From Bacteroidota bacterium (GTDB lineage: Bacteria; Bacteroidota; Bacteroidia; UKL13-3): 60,831 nt of DNA. Positions 28,701-38,862 of the stretch are shown piece after piece; within the stretch, counting starts at the first letter, position 1, and the number at the start of each line of letters is the position of its first letter. The position numbers and the translations under genes were made by a program. The notes under the pieces were generated by a model. That model was not told the DNA's origin and ran no database searches. It worked only from the letters and a program-made list of their open reading frames with translations. The stretch is from NCBI GenBank assembly GCA_947446605.1, contig CANFHJ010000003.1:1-60831 (forward strand), written 5' to 3'.

Positions 28701-29996
28701 ATTTTGGATGAGAAAACACGTAATCCAATTATCACCATGAACATTCCTTACGGTGCTCACTTAAAAGTGAAAAACGGAGAGAAGGTTGAAAAGGGAGCTT
28801 TGATGTGTACTTGGGATCCATACAATGCGGTAATTATTTCTGAGTTTGCTGGTAAAGTAAGCTTCAAGGATATTATCGAGAATGTAAATTACAAGGAAGA
28901 AAGCGACGAGCAAACTGGTCACAAAGAAAAAGTAATTGTAGAAAGTAGAGATAAAACTAAAATTCCTTCAATTGTTGTTTCTGAAGGAAAAGATAAAGAT
29001 ACTAAAGAATACAATTTACCAGTAGGTGCGCATATTATGATTGACCATGGTCATAAAGTGAAAGCTGGTGAGATTTTGGTTAAGATTCCTCGTGTTGTTG
29101 GTAAAACAAGAGATATTACAGGAGGTTTGCCACGTGTAACAGAATTATTTGAAGCACGTAATCCTTCTAATCCTGCTATTGTAACTGAGATTGATGGTGT
29201 AGTAACTTTCGGTGGTATCAAACGTGGTAACCGTGAGATTATGATCAGCTCTAAAGATGGTGAACAAAAGAAATACTTAGTTCCATTGTCTAAACATATC
29301 TTGGTTCAAGAAAATGACTTCGTAAAAGCTGGTTCACCATTGTCTGATGGTTCTATTTCACCACAAGATATTTTACGTATTGAAGGTCCTTTGGCCGTGC
29401 AACGTTATATCTTGAATGGTATCATGGAGGTTTATCGTTTGCAAGGTGTAAAAATCAATGATAAGCATGTGGAAACCATTATTCGTCAGATGATGAAACA
29501 CATTGAAATTGTTGATCCAGGTGATACAACTTTCTTGGAAGGTGAATTCGTTAGTCGTTGGGACTTGAAACAAGCCAATGATTGGATTTACGACAAGAAG
29601 GTAGTGATGGATGCAGGTGATTCAACTACAGTGAAAGCTGGTCAAATTATTAGCGTTAGAAAATTGCGTGATGAAAATTCGCAAATGAAACGTAAAGATT
29701 TGAAATTGGTTGAAGTGAGAGATGCACAACCTGCTACAGTTACTCAAATTATTATGGGTATTACCAAAGCAAGTTTGGGAACTCATAGCTTTATGAGTGC
29801 TGCATCGTTCCAGGAAACTACTAAAGTGTTGAACGAAGCCGCTATCTCAGGTAAAGTAGATCGTATGTTAGGTTTGAAAGAAAACGTAATTGTAGGTCAC
29901 TTAATTCCTGCTGGTACTGGTCACCGCGACTATGAAAAATTAGTTGTAGGTTCAAAAGAAGAATACGATTTGTTGATGGCTTCTAAGGAAGATTAA
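25719..29996 (+). CDS. rpoC: DNA-directed RNA polymerase beta-prime subunit
   Basis: 1425 aa with a zinc-finger [20 protein letters not shown] and the catalytic motif [12 protein letters not shown]. Confidence 0.98.
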   Translation: MSLKKEQKIKANFTKIRIGLASPESILTRSFGEVTKPETINYRSFKPEMGGLFCERIFGPIKDYECHCGKYKRIRYKGIVCDRCGVEVTEKKVRRERMGHINLVVPVAHIWYFRSLPNKIGYLLGVPSKKLDMVVYYERYLVCQPGIKANDGVQNLDLLTEEEYLDILDTLPKENQHLEDTDPNKFIAKMGGEALWFMLSRIDLDTLSFDLRIKASTETSQQRKNEALKRLKVIEGFRNSQRHGDNRPEWMVVKILPVIPPELRPLVPLEGGRFATSDLNDLYRRVIIRNNRLKRLMEIKAPEVILRNEKRMLQEAVDSLFDNTRRVSAVKTEGNRPLKSLSDMLKGKQGRFRQNLLGKRVDYSGRSVIVVGPNLKLHECGIPKNMAAELFKPFVIRKLLERGIVKTVKSAKKLVDRKEPIIWDILENILKGHPVLLNRAPTLHRLGIQAFQPRLIEGKAIQLHPLVCTGFNADFDGDQMAVHVPLGNAAVLEAQLLMLASNNILNPANGAPITVPSQDMVLGLYYITKGRKSTPEHPIMGEGLRFYSSEEAIIAYNEGKVALHAWVKCRVNVLEGGELVSRVIETTMGRILFNQVVPSVHPYINELLTKKSLRDIIGVMFKEVGQDACAAFLDDIKYLGFQYAFRGGLSFNLSYVNIPDEKEKFIKQAQAEVDEIWDNYNNGFITNNERYNQVIDIWTRINSRLADTLLKQLKEDQQGFNPVYMMLDSGARGSKEQIRQLGGMRGLMAKPQKNLSGGTGEIIENPILSNFKEGLSVIEYFISTHGARKGLADTALKTADAGYLTRRLHDVAQDVVVSEADCGTLRGIPISALKDNEEVVETLYERILGRTSVHDIYDPISGDLIINAGEEIFEQFAQKIEESPIEIVEIRSALTCETRYGVCSKCYGRSMSTGRNSQIGDAVGVIAAQSIGEPGTQLTLRTFHVGGTASNIASESHMSAKFAGILEFEEIRTTELKGEEGIDTVIIGRQGEVRILDEKTRNPIITMNIPYGAHLKVKNGEKVEKGALMCTWDPYNAVIISEFAGKVSFKDIIENVNYKEESDEQTGHKEKVIVESRDKTKIPSIVVSEGKDKDTKEYNLPVGAHIMIDHGHKVKAGEILVKIPRVVGKTRDITGGLPRVTELFEARNPSNPAIVTEIDGVVTFGGIKRGNREIMISSKDGEQKKYLVPLSKHILVQENDFVKAGSPLSDGSISPQDILRIEGPLAVQRYILNGIMEVYRLQGVKINDKHVETIIRQMMKHIEIVDPGDTTFLEGEFVSRWDLKQANDWIYDKKVVMDAGDSTTVKAGQIISVRKLRDENSQMKRKDLKLVEVRDAQPATVTQIIMGITKASLGTHSFMSAASFQETTKVLNEAAISGKVDRMLGLKENVIVGHLIPAGTGHRDYEKLVVGSKEEYDLLMASKED

Positions 29997-30015
29997 TCAA
30001 ACGATAATCCCTTTT

Positions 30016-30051
30016 AAATCCCGTTGAGTATTACTCAGCGGGATTTTTTTT
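30016..30051 (+). terminator. Intrinsic terminator after rpoC
   Basis: AAATCCCG-TTGAGT, loop ATT, ACTCAG-CGGGATTT: about 14 bp, followed by a T-run. Confidence 0.85.
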
Positions 30052-30126
30052 GCCTAAAAAAAATAGTCATATTAGCTTTTCACTCAGCTAAAACTGTTTA
30101 CCTTTGATTGATTAAAAATAAAAATA

Positions 30127-31158
30127 ATGGAAGCTGTTAAACTCACTGAATACTCTCATAAAGCTGGTTGTGGATGTAAAATTGCTCCAGCTGATTTAGA
30201 AAAAATATTAAGTGAACGCAGCGGTACTTCTTTTAAGGATTTATTGGTTGGTAATAATAGCAACGACGACGCAGCGGTTTGGAATTTGGGTGATGGCATG
30301 GCCGTTATAAATACGGTAGATTTTTTTATGCCTATAGTAAACGATGCCTTTGATTTTGGTAGAATTGCGTCTGCTAATGCCATTAGTGATATTTATGCGA
30401 TGGGTGGAAGGCCTATATTTGCCAATGCTTTGCTGGGTTGGCCTTTGGAAACATTGCCACTTGAACTAGCAGGTAAAGTTATGGAGGGTGCAAGAAAAAT
30501 TTGTGAAGAGGCAGGCATTCCAATTGCTGGTGGTCACAGCATAGATAGCAAGGAGCCGCTCTTTGGCTTAACTGTTTCGGGTTTGGTTCGAACCGAAAAC
30601 TTAAAGAAAAACAACACACCCCAAATAGGTGATGTATTAATACTAACTAAACAACTGGGCACTGGGATTATGGGCACGGCCATTAAACGCAAAGCTGCAA
30701 GAGAAGCGGATGCACAAGTTGTAATTGATTCTATGTGTAAGTTAAACGCTGTTGGCACACAATTAGGTTCGATCCAAGAAGTACATGCCTTAACAGATGT
30801 TACTGGATTTGGTTTATTAGGTCATTTAATGGAAATGTGTGGAAGTGATTTCTCCGCTGAAATAATTTGGTCACAAGTGCCTTGCTTTCCTTTTTTAGAC
30901 ACTTATTTGGCACAAGGAATTATGCCAGATAATACTACACGCAATTGGAATTCACATGAAAGCAAAGTAGTTGGCTTGAGTGATTTGAAAGCGTTTCAAG
31001 TTTTAAATGACCCTCAAACAAGTGGTGGTTTATTGATTTCGGTAGCGCCTTCAAAAGTGGAGGCCGTTATGGAATTGTTGAAGGCAGATGGTTTATATCA
31101 TGCTGCTATCATAGGTAATATTTTACCAAGAGAAAGCAAAACAATATTGGTAAATTAA
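30127..31158 (+). CDS. selD: Selenide, water dikinase (Cys form)
   Basis: N-terminal LTEYSHKAGCGCKIAP motif with Cys rather than Sec at the catalytic position, and AIR-synthase-like domains. Confidence 0.9.
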   Translation: MEAVKLTEYSHKAGCGCKIAPADLEKILSERSGTSFKDLLVGNNSNDDAAVWNLGDGMAVINTVDFFMPIVNDAFDFGRIASANAISDIYAMGGRPIFANALLGWPLETLPLELAGKVMEGARKICEEAGIPIAGGHSIDSKEPLFGLTVSGLVRTENLKKNNTPQIGDVLILTKQLGTGIMGTAIKRKAAREADAQVVIDSMCKLNAVGTQLGSIQEVHALTDVTGFGLLGHLMEMCGSDFSAEIIWSQVPCFPFLDTYLAQGIMPDNTTRNWNSHESKVVGLSDLKAFQVLNDPQTSGGLLISVAPSKVEAVMELLKADGLYHAAIIGNILPRESKTILVN

Positions 31159-31195
31159 AATAGATTTTGTTTCTTCGAGAAGTCACATTTAATCT

Positions 31196-31636
31196 ATGAA
31201 AAAAATAATTATACTTTTTAGCTTTCTATGCTTTTCCATTTTTGCATTTGGACAAAATTCAGACGATATTGTTGGTGTTTGGTTGAACCCTAAAGGAACG
31301 GGTAAAGTAAAAATATTTAGAACCGGAGAATATTTCTATGGCAATTTAATTTGGTTGGATCAACCATTGGATGTAAATGGAAAGCCTAAATTAGATAAAG
31401 AAAACCCTGATGCTGCTAAGAAAAACAGAAAATTGCAAGGTTTGCTACTACTAACAGGATTTACCTTTAATGTATCTAATAAAATTTGGGAAGATGGACA
31501 AATTTACGACCCCAAAAACGGCAAAACCTATAGCTGTAAAATGACTTTGAGTGCCAATAAAAACGAATTAGATATAAGAGGTTTTATTGGCATATCGGTA
31601 ATTGGTAGGAGCGAGGTTTGGAAGCGTGTAGAATAA
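31196..31636 (+). CDS. DUF2147-domain secreted protein
   Basis: Signal peptide; GVW...GKVKIF, GQIYDPKNGKTYSCKMTL and IRGFIGISVIGRSEVWKR motifs. Confidence 0.75.
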   Translation: MKKIIILFSFLCFSIFAFGQNSDDIVGVWLNPKGTGKVKIFRTGEYFYGNLIWLDQPLDVNGKPKLDKENPDAAKKNRKLQGLLLLTGFTFNVSNKIWEDGQIYDPKNGKTYSCKMTLSANKNELDIRGFIGISVIGRSEVWKRVE

Positions 31637-31655
31637 TTTCGATAAATAAAATTGA

Positions 31656-33512
31656 ATGAAAAATATTTCTTTGTTGCTAATGTTTTGTTGTGTATTTGCT
31701 TTTGTGAAAGCGCAGCAGACAGATGATTTTACCTATAAGAGTAAAGAGCTAAAAACCGCAATTGGTGCGCAAGTAAACCTTATGGAGTTGCCCTCTCTGC
31801 CGGAGGCTCACTTGTTAAACATTAAAGCAGCACCTGCGCCTTTAACAGATTTTCAAGAAAAGAAATTGCGTTTGGATCAACAGAGACAAACTTGGACTAA
31901 GCAATATGCTTTTAATAAAAAAGGTTCTACTTATTTGCCAAGTGTAACAAGAAATTTCTCAGGAAATATTACTCAAGGTACGCCCAACGACAATGATTTT
32001 TGTATTGGGAATAATGGGATGATGATTAGCTGTGTAAATACCAATATGAATATTTACAATGATACAGGTAAATTGGTTGCTGGAAAAACGCTGCAGGTAT
32101 TGGGTCAGGCTTTGGGTACTTTAAATAGAACCTTTGATCCTAGGACAATTTACGACCCTGTTGCAGATAGGTTTATTGTGGTTTTTCTTCAAGGAAGTTC
32201 AAGTATAGATACACGTATTGTTGTTGCTTTTTCAACCAGTAATGACCCCTCAAAAACTTGGAATTTATACCAATTGCCAGGCAATATTACTGGTGATAGC
32301 AGCTGGAGTGATTATCCTATTATTTCTTTAAGTAAAGATGAATTATTTATCACTGTAAACCGTTTAAAGGACAATACATTTTGGAAGAACGGATTTTTGG
32401 AATCTTATATTTGGCAGGTAGATAAGGCCAAAGGTTATGCTGGAGATTCCTTAAGCCAAAAAGTTTATACCGATATTAAATTTCAAGGCAAAACTGTGTG
32501 GAGTATTTGTCCTGCAAAAGGTGGTTCAAAATTATATGGTCCTGAGATGTATTTTCTTTCTCAAAGGCCTTCCGATTTAGAAAATGATACGGTTTTTGTA
32601 CATTATATATCTAATACCATAAAATCTGGCGCTGCAAATTTGAGCATGCGCGTGTTGAAGAATCCTGTTCCTTATGGCTTGCAGCCAAATGCCATTCAAC
32701 CTAATGGGAACAAGCTGCAAACCAATGATGCGCGCGTGTTGTGTGCCATGTATGAGAATGGGGTAATAAGTTATGTTGGCAATACCATTGATAAAAATTT
32801 GTTTAGTCCTGCTATTTATTTTGGAAGGATTTTTGAAATTTGGAGTGCCACACCTCGTTTAGAAGGCAGTATTATTTCATCAGACACATTGGATTTTGGT
32901 TATCCAAGTATTGCGTATGTTGGTTCGGGCAAAAATGGCGACCATAGCAGTATGATTACCTTTTCGCATGTTTCGGATAAACAATTTCCGGGAACGTCTG
33001 TGGTTTATGTAGATAGAAGTTTCAATATTTCTGCGCCTGTATTTGTTAAAAAGGGTGAGGGAAGCATTAGGTTGTTAGGAGATTCTGTTGAGCGCTGGGG
33101 AGATTATTCTGGCATTCAAATGAAATATAATGAACTGGGAGTGGCATGGCTAAATGGTTCATGGGGAACCATTGGTGGTCAGAATAGAACTTGGATTGCG
33201 CGCATTCAAACCAATGATCCATTAGCTGGTTTAAATCAAAATGTTCAAGAGAAATTTGCCGCTAAATTATATCCAAACCCAACATCGTCTATTGCATATT
33301 TTGAATTTGAAACAAAGAAGAAGACGCTTTGTAGGGTTGAATTGGTGGGACTGAATGGAAGCTACAAACAAGTTGTTACAGAAGACTGGGCAAAGGCTGG
33401 TTTGAACCAATTGCAAATTGAAACGGCAGAATTGAGCGCTGGAATTTATTTTATTAATTTGATTTCAAATGAAGGTGTTTTTCAAACTTTTAAGTTGTTG
33501 GTTCAGCATTAA
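31656..33512 (+). CDS. Secreted protein of unknown function with a T9SS C-terminal sorting domain
   Basis: Signal peptide. The C-terminal ~80 aa (KLYPNPTSSIAYFEFE ... GIYFINLISNEGVFQTFKLLVQH) is a type A Por/T9SS CTD. It has an Asp-box-like STSNDPSKTW and WSDYP/RWGDYSG motifs. Confidence 0.75.
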   Translation: MKNISLLLMFCCVFAFVKAQQTDDFTYKSKELKTAIGAQVNLMELPSLPEAHLLNIKAAPAPLTDFQEKKLRLDQQRQTWTKQYAFNKKGSTYLPSVTRNFSGNITQGTPNDNDFCIGNNGMMISCVNTNMNIYNDTGKLVAGKTLQVLGQALGTLNRTFDPRTIYDPVADRFIVVFLQGSSSIDTRIVVAFSTSNDPSKTWNLYQLPGNITGDSSWSDYPIISLSKDELFITVNRLKDNTFWKNGFLESYIWQVDKAKGYAGDSLSQKVYTDIKFQGKTVWSICPAKGGSKLYGPEMYFLSQRPSDLENDTVFVHYISNTIKSGAANLSMRVLKNPVPYGLQPNAIQPNGNKLQTNDARVLCAMYENGVISYVGNTIDKNLFSPAIYFGRIFEIWSATPRLEGSIISSDTLDFGYPSIAYVGSGKNGDHSSMITFSHVSDKQFPGTSVVYVDRSFNISAPVFVKKGEGSIRLLGDSVERWGDYSGIQMKYNELGVAWLNGSWGTIGGQNRTWIARIQTNDPLAGLNQNVQEKFAAKLYPNPTSSIAYFEFETKKKTLCRVELVGLNGSYKQVVTEDWAKAGLNQLQIETAELSAGIYFINLISNEGVFQTFKLLVQH

Positions 33513-33669
33513 TTTGTTGCTTTTTACAGCCTGTGGAACCTCCCATGAAAGGCCAAAGGAAAAAGCACAAGTAATGCATGTGAAACCTTTGAGCGAACCT
33601 GCAACTGATTCGTTGAAGAACTATTTGGATGAGGAAAGAGCGCGCAGAAAAGCCCAAGGGAAGGAATAA
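33469..33669 (+). CDS. Possible small lipoprotein (66 aa)
   Basis: Signal-peptide-like N-terminus with the lipobox-like LLFTAC, then a charged tail. It exactly fills the otherwise hairpin-free gap between convergent genes. It overlaps the upstream CDS by 44 nt. Confidence 0.35.
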   Translation: MKVFFKLLSCWFSINLLLFTACGTSHERPKEKAQVMHVKPLSEPATDSLKNYLDEERARRKAQGKE

Positions 33670-33673
33670 AAGC

Positions 33674-34933
33674 TTAAAGTAAGGCCACAACTTTTTCAAT
33701 TACTCGTTCTGTTGCACCTTTATTGTATGCTACAAATTCAACACTTTTATTGGCTAGCTGTTTTGTGAGTTTTTCATTGTTTGCATACTGTTGCAAAAGA
33801 TGAAGGAAGTCTTTTGGTTCCTGGATAGTTTTGGCAATATGTTGTTGAACCAATTCTTGTGCTTCAGGAAATCTTTTCAATTTAGGGCCAAAACAAATGG
33901 CTGATCCAAAAGCGGCTGCTTCTAAAGAATTGTGCAATCCGTTTTCTTTGAAACCTCCTCCAATAAAGGCAAGTTGCCCATATTTATAGAGTTTTGCAAG
34001 TAGCCCAATGCTGTCAATTATTAAAACTGATGTATTTTCTAATTGCGTTTCATTGTTTATAGAACTATAGGTAATGCAATTGCCTTTGAACCTTTTTTGA
34101 ATGGCTGTAATTCTTTCTTGATTTACAAAATGAGGCGCAATAATAAACTTTAATTTTTGGTCAATTCTTTGAATGGCAAATTCAACCATTGCCTCTTCTA
34201 TTTCATATGAGCTGCCCACAATTGTAGTAAAATGAGCTCCAATAAATTCTTTAATATAGGGAAGTTCTTTTTGGTTTTCTACTGTTTGTACAACTCGGTC
34301 GTAGCGGTTATCTCCGCTAAGCATGGTTTGTTTTATGTTAATGGTGTGAAGTAAATCTAGTGAACTTTGATTCTGGCAAAAAATATAGGTGAAGGCATTA
34401 AGAATATTTCTTTGAAATGCACCTAATTTTTTAAAGAAAATTTGGTTCGGCCTAAATTGTGCTGCGATTAAAAAGAGAGGTACATTATTGTTTTTAAGCG
34501 TTTGAATGTACCAATACCATAGGTCGTATTTTACATAAAAGGCCATTACAGGTGAGATAGCATTGCAAACGATTAAGGCATTTTTTTTACTTTCAAAAGG
34601 AAGGTAGTATGCTGCATCAATGAGGGTGTCGTTGTGTTTTGCTTGATAGCCGGAAGGCGAGAAGAAAGTTACAACTAATCGGTGGTCGGGAAACTTTTTT
34701 TTAATTGCTTCCATTACAGGCCGGCCTTGTTCAAACTCTCCAAGAGAGGCTACATGAAACCAAATATTCTTATGCTGTGATTTGGATTCTCCTTGAATTA
34801 TTATTTCTATTAATCCTTTTTGCCCATCTACCAAATCCTTTGCTCTCTTATTAAAGTTAGCTGCCAATTTCACTAAAAGAAAATAGGAAGCACTAATACT
34901 AGTATAAAGAAAATAACCAATAGGATTTTGCAT
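33674..34933 (-). CDS. waaA: 3-deoxy-D-manno-octulosonic acid (Kdo) transferase
   Basis: N-terminal membrane anchor, a WFHVASLGEFEQGRP motif and a GT30 C-terminal GGGF...HN.LEAAAFG motif. Confidence 0.88.
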   Translation of the reverse strand: MQNPIGYFLYTSISASYFLLVKLAANFNKRAKDLVDGQKGLIEIIIQGESKSQHKNIWFHVASLGEFEQGRPVMEAIKKKFPDHRLVVTFFSPSGYQAKHNDTLIDAAYYLPFESKKNALIVCNAISPVMAFYVKYDLWYWYIQTLKNNNVPLFLIAAQFRPNQIFFKKLGAFQRNILNAFTYIFCQNQSSLDLLHTINIKQTMLSGDNRYDRVVQTVENQKELPYIKEFIGAHFTTIVGSSYEIEEAMVEFAIQRIDQKLKFIIAPHFVNQERITAIQKRFKGNCITYSSINNETQLENTSVLIIDSIGLLAKLYKYGQLAFIGGGFKENGLHNSLEAAAFGSAICFGPKLKRFPEAQELVQQHIAKTIQEPKDFLHLLQQYANNEKLTKQLANKSVEFVAYNKGATERVIEKVVALL

Positions 34934-34935
34934 GC

Positions 34936-35703
34936 TTACCTAAATTGAAATTCGTTTTCTTCGCTTGTATTCAAGTACATTGGAATCATCCAACCAAAAC
35001 GAATGGAGCTTGTAAGGTCAATTTTATTGGAATTGTCGTATGCCATTAAATCATAATTATAGCCTCTTCTATTTTTGGTTTGCGCTTGCATAAAATCGAA
35101 GCCAATATAAAAATTGATTAATCGATTTTGACTTTGGTAGGTATAGCCAATAAACTCGGTGAAGGCAATTCCGCTGTGGAAGCGATCGTAGCCAGGAGCG
35201 TAATTCAAATCTATTTGAGGGATATTTCCTTCCTGCGATTGAATATTAATATGATGCTGAATATAACCTACACCACCTTTTACAAGTATACCCGAATTCA
35301 TATTGCGTTTATTGAGTCCAAAAACTTTACCGGCATTTACAAAAGCTGAAATGCCACGCATGTTAACCAAATAGTTTCCAGGAGAACCACCTGTAGAGCT
35401 AAGGTAGCCACCACTTGTAATTAGGTTGTCCAGAAAATGTTCTTGTCTAATTTCTTTTCCGAATAGGTAATTTAATTCACCACTAACTACCCAATTGTGC
35501 TTGGTTTTGAGCATTCCTCCAAATCCTACACCACTAAAATTGCCATATAATTTTGCCATATCTCCTGATGGAATATGGTAATTATAGAGAAATTGAAAGT
35601 TAAAAATTTTATTGCTGAACATGTAATTGTCCTGCGCCATTGTTGCAAAGGGAGTTAGCAACAGCAATAGGAGTTTCAATGTTAAATTTGGTTTTACGCT
35701 CAT
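34936..35703 (-). CDS. Predicted outer-membrane beta-barrel protein, unknown family
   Basis: Signal peptide (LLLLLLTPFATMAQ), alternating aromatic/Gly beta-strand pattern, aromatic-rich C-terminus. It is separated from waaA by only 2 nt. Confidence 0.6.
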   Translation of the reverse strand: MSVKPNLTLKLLLLLLTPFATMAQDNYMFSNKIFNFQFLYNYHIPSGDMAKLYGNFSGVGFGGMLKTKHNWVVSGELNYLFGKEIRQEHFLDNLITSGGYLSSTGGSPGNYLVNMRGISAFVNAGKVFGLNKRNMNSGILVKGGVGYIQHHINIQSQEGNIPQIDLNYAPGYDRFHSGIAFTEFIGYTYQSQNRLINFYIGFDFMQAQTKNRRGYNYDLMAYDNSNKIDLTSSIRFGWMIPMYLNTSEENEFQFR

Positions 35704-35892
35704 TTGATAACAAATATGACCTTTTTCAATTGATTCTAAAAAAAATATGAGCGGATTTTAGCTAATAATTAATATTTTTGCGCTAATTGAATGCTTCTAC
35801 CCATTGATACTTAAAGACAAAATTTATAGATTAAAGGATGCTTTGGAAAAGTTTCAAAATGAAGTATTCACTCAAATTAATAAGAATAAAAA

Positions 35893-37221
35893 ATGAAAAT
35901 TGTTGTTATTGGAACCGGTTATGTTGGCCTCGTAACAGGTACTTGCTTTGCAGATGTAGGAATTGATGTTGTTTGTATTGACGTTGATGCTAAGAAAATA
36001 GAGAACCTAAAAAAGGGTATTATGCCTATTTATGAGCCAGGTTTGGAGGAAATGGTAATTCGCAATTATGAAAAAGGCAGATTAGATTTTTCTACTAAAT
36101 TGGGTGATCATATCTCAGAAGCTGATGTAGCTTTTATTGCTGTTGGAACACCTCCAGGAGAAGATGGTTCGGCAGACTTAAAATATGTATTAGGTGTTGC
36201 AAAAGAAATTGGTTCGCACATTAACAAACATATTGTTGTTGTAACCAAGAGTACTGTGCCAGTTGGTACTGCCAAAAAAGTGCGCACAGCTGTTCAAGAA
36301 GAATTATCTGCTCGCGGCTTGAATATTGAATTTGATGTAGCTTCTAATCCAGAATTTTTAAAAGAAGGCGCAGCTATTGATGATTTCTTGAAGCCAGATA
36401 GAATTGTGGTTGGCGTTGAATCTAAAGTGGCAGAAGATGTAATGCGAAAATTATATAAGCCATTTTTGTTAAACGGACATCCAATTATTTTTATGGATGT
36501 GCCAAGTGCTGAAATGACTAAGTATGCGGCCAATTCTATGCTTGCTACAAAAATTAGTTTTATGAATGATATTGCTAATTTATGTGAAATAATGGGTGCA
36601 GATGTGAACTTGGTTCGTAAAGGAATTGGAAGCGATTTGCGTATTGGAAACAGGTTTATTTACCCAGGTATTGGTTATGGTGGCTCATGTTTTCCTAAAG
36701 ATGTAAAAGCACTTATTCGTACAGCAAAAGAGAATGGACACGAGATGCGTATTTTGCAGGCTGTTGAAGATGTAAATGAAGACCAAAAAAGTGTTTTGTT
36801 TAATAAAATAAGTCAGCATTTTGAAGGTGATTTAAAGGGTAAGAAATTTGCGATGTGGGGACTTTCTTTTAAGCCCAAAACGGATGATATGCGTGAAGCA
36901 CCTTCATTGGTTATTATAGAGAAATTATTGCATGCAGGTGCACATGTGAAAGCTTATGATCCAGTAGCTATGCATGAGGCCAAAAAAGATTTGGGTGAAC
37001 AAATTGAATACAGTAAAGATCCGAACGATGCATTGATTGATGCAGATGCTTTGTTAATTGTAACCGAATGGCCAGAGTTTAGAACACCAAACTTTAAAGT
37101 AATGAGTAAGTTGATGAAATCACAAGTGATTTTTGATGGCAGAAATATTTATGATTTAGAGGAAATGAAAGAAGAAGGTTTTACCTATTACTGTATCGGT
37201 GTAAATACACAAAAGAAATAA
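35893..37221 (+). CDS. ugd: UDP-glucose 6-dehydrogenase
   Basis: [16 protein letters not shown] Rossmann motif and the catalytic [10 protein letters not shown] motif. Confidence 0.93.
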   Translation: MKIVVIGTGYVGLVTGTCFADVGIDVVCIDVDAKKIENLKKGIMPIYEPGLEEMVIRNYEKGRLDFSTKLGDHISEADVAFIAVGTPPGEDGSADLKYVLGVAKEIGSHINKHIVVVTKSTVPVGTAKKVRTAVQEELSARGLNIEFDVASNPEFLKEGAAIDDFLKPDRIVVGVESKVAEDVMRKLYKPFLLNGHPIIFMDVPSAEMTKYAANSMLATKISFMNDIANLCEIMGADVNLVRKGIGSDLRIGNRFIYPGIGYGGSCFPKDVKALIRTAKENGHEMRILQAVEDVNEDQKSVLFNKISQHFEGDLKGKKFAMWGLSFKPKTDDMREAPSLVIIEKLLHAGAHVKAYDPVAMHEAKKDLGEQIEYSKDPNDALIDADALLIVTEWPEFRTPNFKVMSKLMKSQVIFDGRNIYDLEEMKEEGFTYYCIGVNTQKK

Positions 37222-38195
37222 TGACAAATAAAAGAGTACTCATAACAGGAGCTGCCGGTTTTCTTGGCTCACATTTGTGTGATCGTTTTATAGCAGAAGG
37301 CTATAATGTTGTTGGGATGGATAATTTAATTACGGGTGATTTAAAAAACATAGAACACCTTTTTAAATTAGAACAATTTGAATTCTACCACCATGATGTA
37401 AGTAAATTTATTCATGTACCAGGCAATATTGATTATATCCTTCATTTTGCCTCACCAGCTAGTCCAATTGATTATTTAAAAATACCAATTCAAACCTTAA
37501 AAGTTGGTTCATTAGGTATTCATAATTGTTTGGGATTAGCGCGTGTTAAAAACGCACGTGTATTGATTGCCTCTACCAGCGAGGTTTATGGCGATCCAAT
37601 GGTTCATCCACAAACAGAGGATTATTGGGGTAATGTAAATCCAGTTGGACCACGTGGCGTTTATGACGAAGCCAAGCGTTTTCAAGAAGCCATGACAATG
37701 GCATACCATACTTTTCATGGATTAGAAACACGCATCGTTAGAATATTTAATACTTATGGTCCACGCATGCGCCTGAACGACGGAAGGGTTTTGCCTGCTT
37801 TTATTGGTCAGGCTTTACGTGGTGAAGACTTAACCATGTTTGGAGATGGAAGTCAGACCAGAAGTTTTTGTTACGTGAGTGATTTAATTGAAGGTATCTA
37901 TCGTTTGTTATTGAGTGATTATCCTTACCCAGTAAATATTGGTAATCCAAATGAAATTACCATTCGCGAATTTGGTGAAGAGATTATTAAGTTAACGGGT
38001 ACCAATCAAAAATTGGTTGCTAAGCCATTGCCTAAAGACGATCCAAAACAACGCAAACCTGACATTAGTAAAGCCCAAGAAATATTGAAATGGGAGCCAA
38101 AAGTAAGTAGGGCAGAAGGCTTGAAAATTACCTACGATTACTTTAGAAATCTACCACAAGAGGAATTATTGAAATCGGCACATCGATTTGATTAA
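37221..38195 (+). CDS. uxs: UDP-glucuronate decarboxylase (UDP-xylose synthase)
   Basis: [14 protein letters not shown], a STSEVYGDP motif and YDEAKR (YxxxK). Its start overlaps the ugd stop (TAATG). Confidence 0.9.
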   Translation: MTNKRVLITGAAGFLGSHLCDRFIAEGYNVVGMDNLITGDLKNIEHLFKLEQFEFYHHDVSKFIHVPGNIDYILHFASPASPIDYLKIPIQTLKVGSLGIHNCLGLARVKNARVLIASTSEVYGDPMVHPQTEDYWGNVNPVGPRGVYDEAKRFQEAMTMAYHTFHGLETRIVRIFNTYGPRMRLNDGRVLPAFIGQALRGEDLTMFGDGSQTRSFCYVSDLIEGIYRLLLSDYPYPVNIGNPNEITIREFGEEIIKLTGTNQKLVAKPLPKDDPKQRKPDISKAQEILKWEPKVSRAEGLKITYDYFRNLPQEELLKSAHRFD

Positions 38196-38214
38196 AAAAT
38201 CTTAAAAATTATAC

Positions 38215-38250
38215 AAAAGCTGTGTTTTGTTAAAAACACAGCTTTTTTTT
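38215..38250 (+). terminator. Intrinsic terminator after uxs
   Basis: Stem GCTGTGTTTT (38219-38228), loop GTTA, stem AAAACACAGC (38233-38242), then T8. Confidence 0.85.
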
Positions 38251-38309
38251 ACGCAAGTCCTATTGCATATGTGTGTGATTTAAATATTTTTGAGCCTTTT
38301 AAAATATAC

Positions 38310-38855
38310 ATGAGAAAAATAAACTTCATCCTTTTAGCTTTTGCATTTATTGTGCTTTCAAGCTGTAGCAAAACAGAAACAAGTACAAATAATGGAACAA
38401 ATAACAATGGCGGAGGCGGATCAACTCCTACTTATTATTTTACTTGTAAGGTGAATGGTACGCCATTAGATTTTGGTGCAATGACCCTTGTAATTGATGA
38501 TACACTAAATCCTAAGATGATGTTTTTAGTTGGACAGAAATCTAATACGCAATTGCCTTCCCTTACTTTTACCTTGAATTATAAAGCGCCAGGATGGGTA
38601 GATGGATTAACTTATGTCATGGACGAACACGATTTTGATAATTTTGTTGAGTATAAAAACGTGGGCTTATTAATTTTCAAGAGCAAGGCTACTCCTGCAT
38701 CTGTAACTACTGGTTTAACACTAAAGTTTGATAAGATTCTTTTTGGAAAAGGTCAGTATGCTTCTGGTACTTTTTCTGGAACCTTACAATTGGAAGAAAA
38801 TACAACCTCTGTAGCAATAACAGAAGGAAAGTTTAAGGTTCAGTTTTTGAACTAA
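38310..38855 (+). CDS. Lipoprotein of unknown function
   Basis: MRKINFILLAFAFIVLSSCSK gives a signal peptide with a lipobox Cys. Start moved to ATG 38310 from the track start 38271. Confidence 0.65.
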   Translation: MRKINFILLAFAFIVLSSCSKTETSTNNGTNNNGGGGSTPTYYFTCKVNGTPLDFGAMTLVIDDTLNPKMMFLVGQKSNTQLPSLTFTLNYKAPGWVDGLTYVMDEHDFDNFVEYKNVGLLIFKSKATPASVTTGLTLKFDKILFGKGQYASGTFSGTLQLEENTTSVAITEGKFKVQFLN

Positions 38856-38862
38856 AAAGCTT

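Noticed and set aside
33490-33699. 69-aa minus-strand ORF in the T9SS-gene / waaA gap.
   Set aside because: It overlaps the waaA 3' end and the plus-strand lipoprotein-like ORF, and it has no signal or motif. If anything is coding here, the plus-strand frame is more protein-like.
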